NCBI RefSeq assembly: GCF_036321535.1
Contig: NC_087436.1
Span: 7,316,001-7,380,000, forward strand
DNA from: Camelus dromedarius
Taxonomy: Eukaryota
Direction of reading: 5' to 3'
Length of the DNA stretch: 64,000 bases
Shown here one piece after another: positions 63,245 to 64,000 of this stretch (the first letter of the stretch is position 1; the number at the start of each line of letters is the position of its first letter). A program made the translations under genes and the position numbers. A model generated the notes under the pieces. It did no database searches. It was given only the letters and a program-made list of their open reading frames with translations, and had not been told where the DNA came from.

Positions 63245-63825
63245 CCTGATACATTGCTTGTGGGATGTAATATAACAGAGCTCCTTTGGAAAGTGGTTTT
63301 ATCATGTCTTAAAAATGTTAAATATACGCTTGTCACGTCATCTGGCATTTCTATTTCTAGGCATTATCCACAAAAGACTTCCATGTGAATGTTGGTAGCA
63401 GCCTTGCTCCCAACAGCTCCAAACTGCAAACAAACCCAGTGTCCATGTTCCAATTGATGAATAAACAAACTGAGGTATATCCTTACAAAGGAATATTATT
63501 TGCAATTAAAAAGAACAAAATGTTGATGCATTTAATGACATTTATGAACCTCAAAAAGTCCCTAAGTGAAAGAATACATATGAAATGGTTCGATACAGTA
63601 TAGCAAGTTTCTAGATAGGATAAAACTGTGTCAGAAAGCGGATCAGTGGGCTTGGTCCTGAGAGTGGAGACTGCTTACAAATGGACATGCTAGAACTCTG
63701 GGGGTAACGGAAATGTTTCAGATGGGAGTTGTTTGTAAAATCAGATCTAGTTGCTAAAACTCATTGGCACATTGATAATGGGAGAATTGTATGGCCTGTA
63801 AATTATATTTCAGTAAAGCTGGACA
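63245..63825 (+). mobile_element. Ancient L1 (L1ME-like) 3' end
   Basis: CATTGCTTGTGGGATGTAA...GGAATATTATTTGCAATTAAAAAGAAC...GTAAATTATATTTCAGTAAAGCTG. Confidence 0.8.
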
Positions 63826-63834
63826 GGTGGGAGA

Positions 63835-64000
63835 TTTTATTTAGGTTTTGCTATCAGGGAAAGTCTCTATGGAAAAAACATTGAAGCTGAGACCTGAAAA
63901 ATGAATAGGAATTAAGAAAAGCAAAGAGTGTTCTGGGCAGGAAAGAGAATAGACTTTTCAGGTGTCCAGAGTTTGGTGACAGAAGGAAGATGCTGGAGAA
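63835..64000 (-). mobile_element. L2 fragment
   Basis: TCAGGGAAAGTCTCT...AGCTGAGACCTGAAAAATGAATAGGA...GAGTGTTCTGGGCAG. Confidence 0.65.

Noticed and set aside
1..64000. NUMT, snRNA/Y-RNA pseudogenes or non-retroviral endogenous viral elements
   Set aside because: None recognised by eye. Highly diverged copies cannot be excluded without BLAST or Infernal searches.

Overview
This is an AT-rich, repeat-dense stretch of mammalian nuclear DNA. Eight copies of a tRNA-Ala(AGC)-derived SINE plus young L1 3' ends point to a camelid (camel/alpaca/llama) host, which is an inference from remembered repeat consensus sequences. I found no intact protein-coding gene, RNA gene or CRISPR array. The listed ORFs are either decayed transposon fragments (Tigger1 transposase, L1 ORF2, ERV-L integrase/dUTPase) or appear to be chance. 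Positions 1-20.6 kb are mostly nested Tigger1, L1 and ERV-L/MLT2. From 21 to 64 kb, unique DNA is interspersed with MaLR/ERV-L solo LTRs, L2, MIR, hAT fragments, SINEs and 5'-truncated L1s, many with readable target-site duplications (TSDs). The best non-repeat signals are an orphan CpG-island-like promoter with a perfect GTCACGTGAC palindrome (~47.6-48.0 kb), a CCAAT/MYB-motif patch followed by consensus splice sites (~29.8-30.5 kb), a strong CTCF motif (59.3 kb), a perfect 22-bp inverted repeat forming a pri-miRNA-sized hairpin (57.4 kb) and a 15-bp tandem repeat that builds a D-box array (63.1 kb). I cannot support a clear new biological system; the findings are leads. Repeat subfamily names and boundaries were assigned by eye and are approximate.
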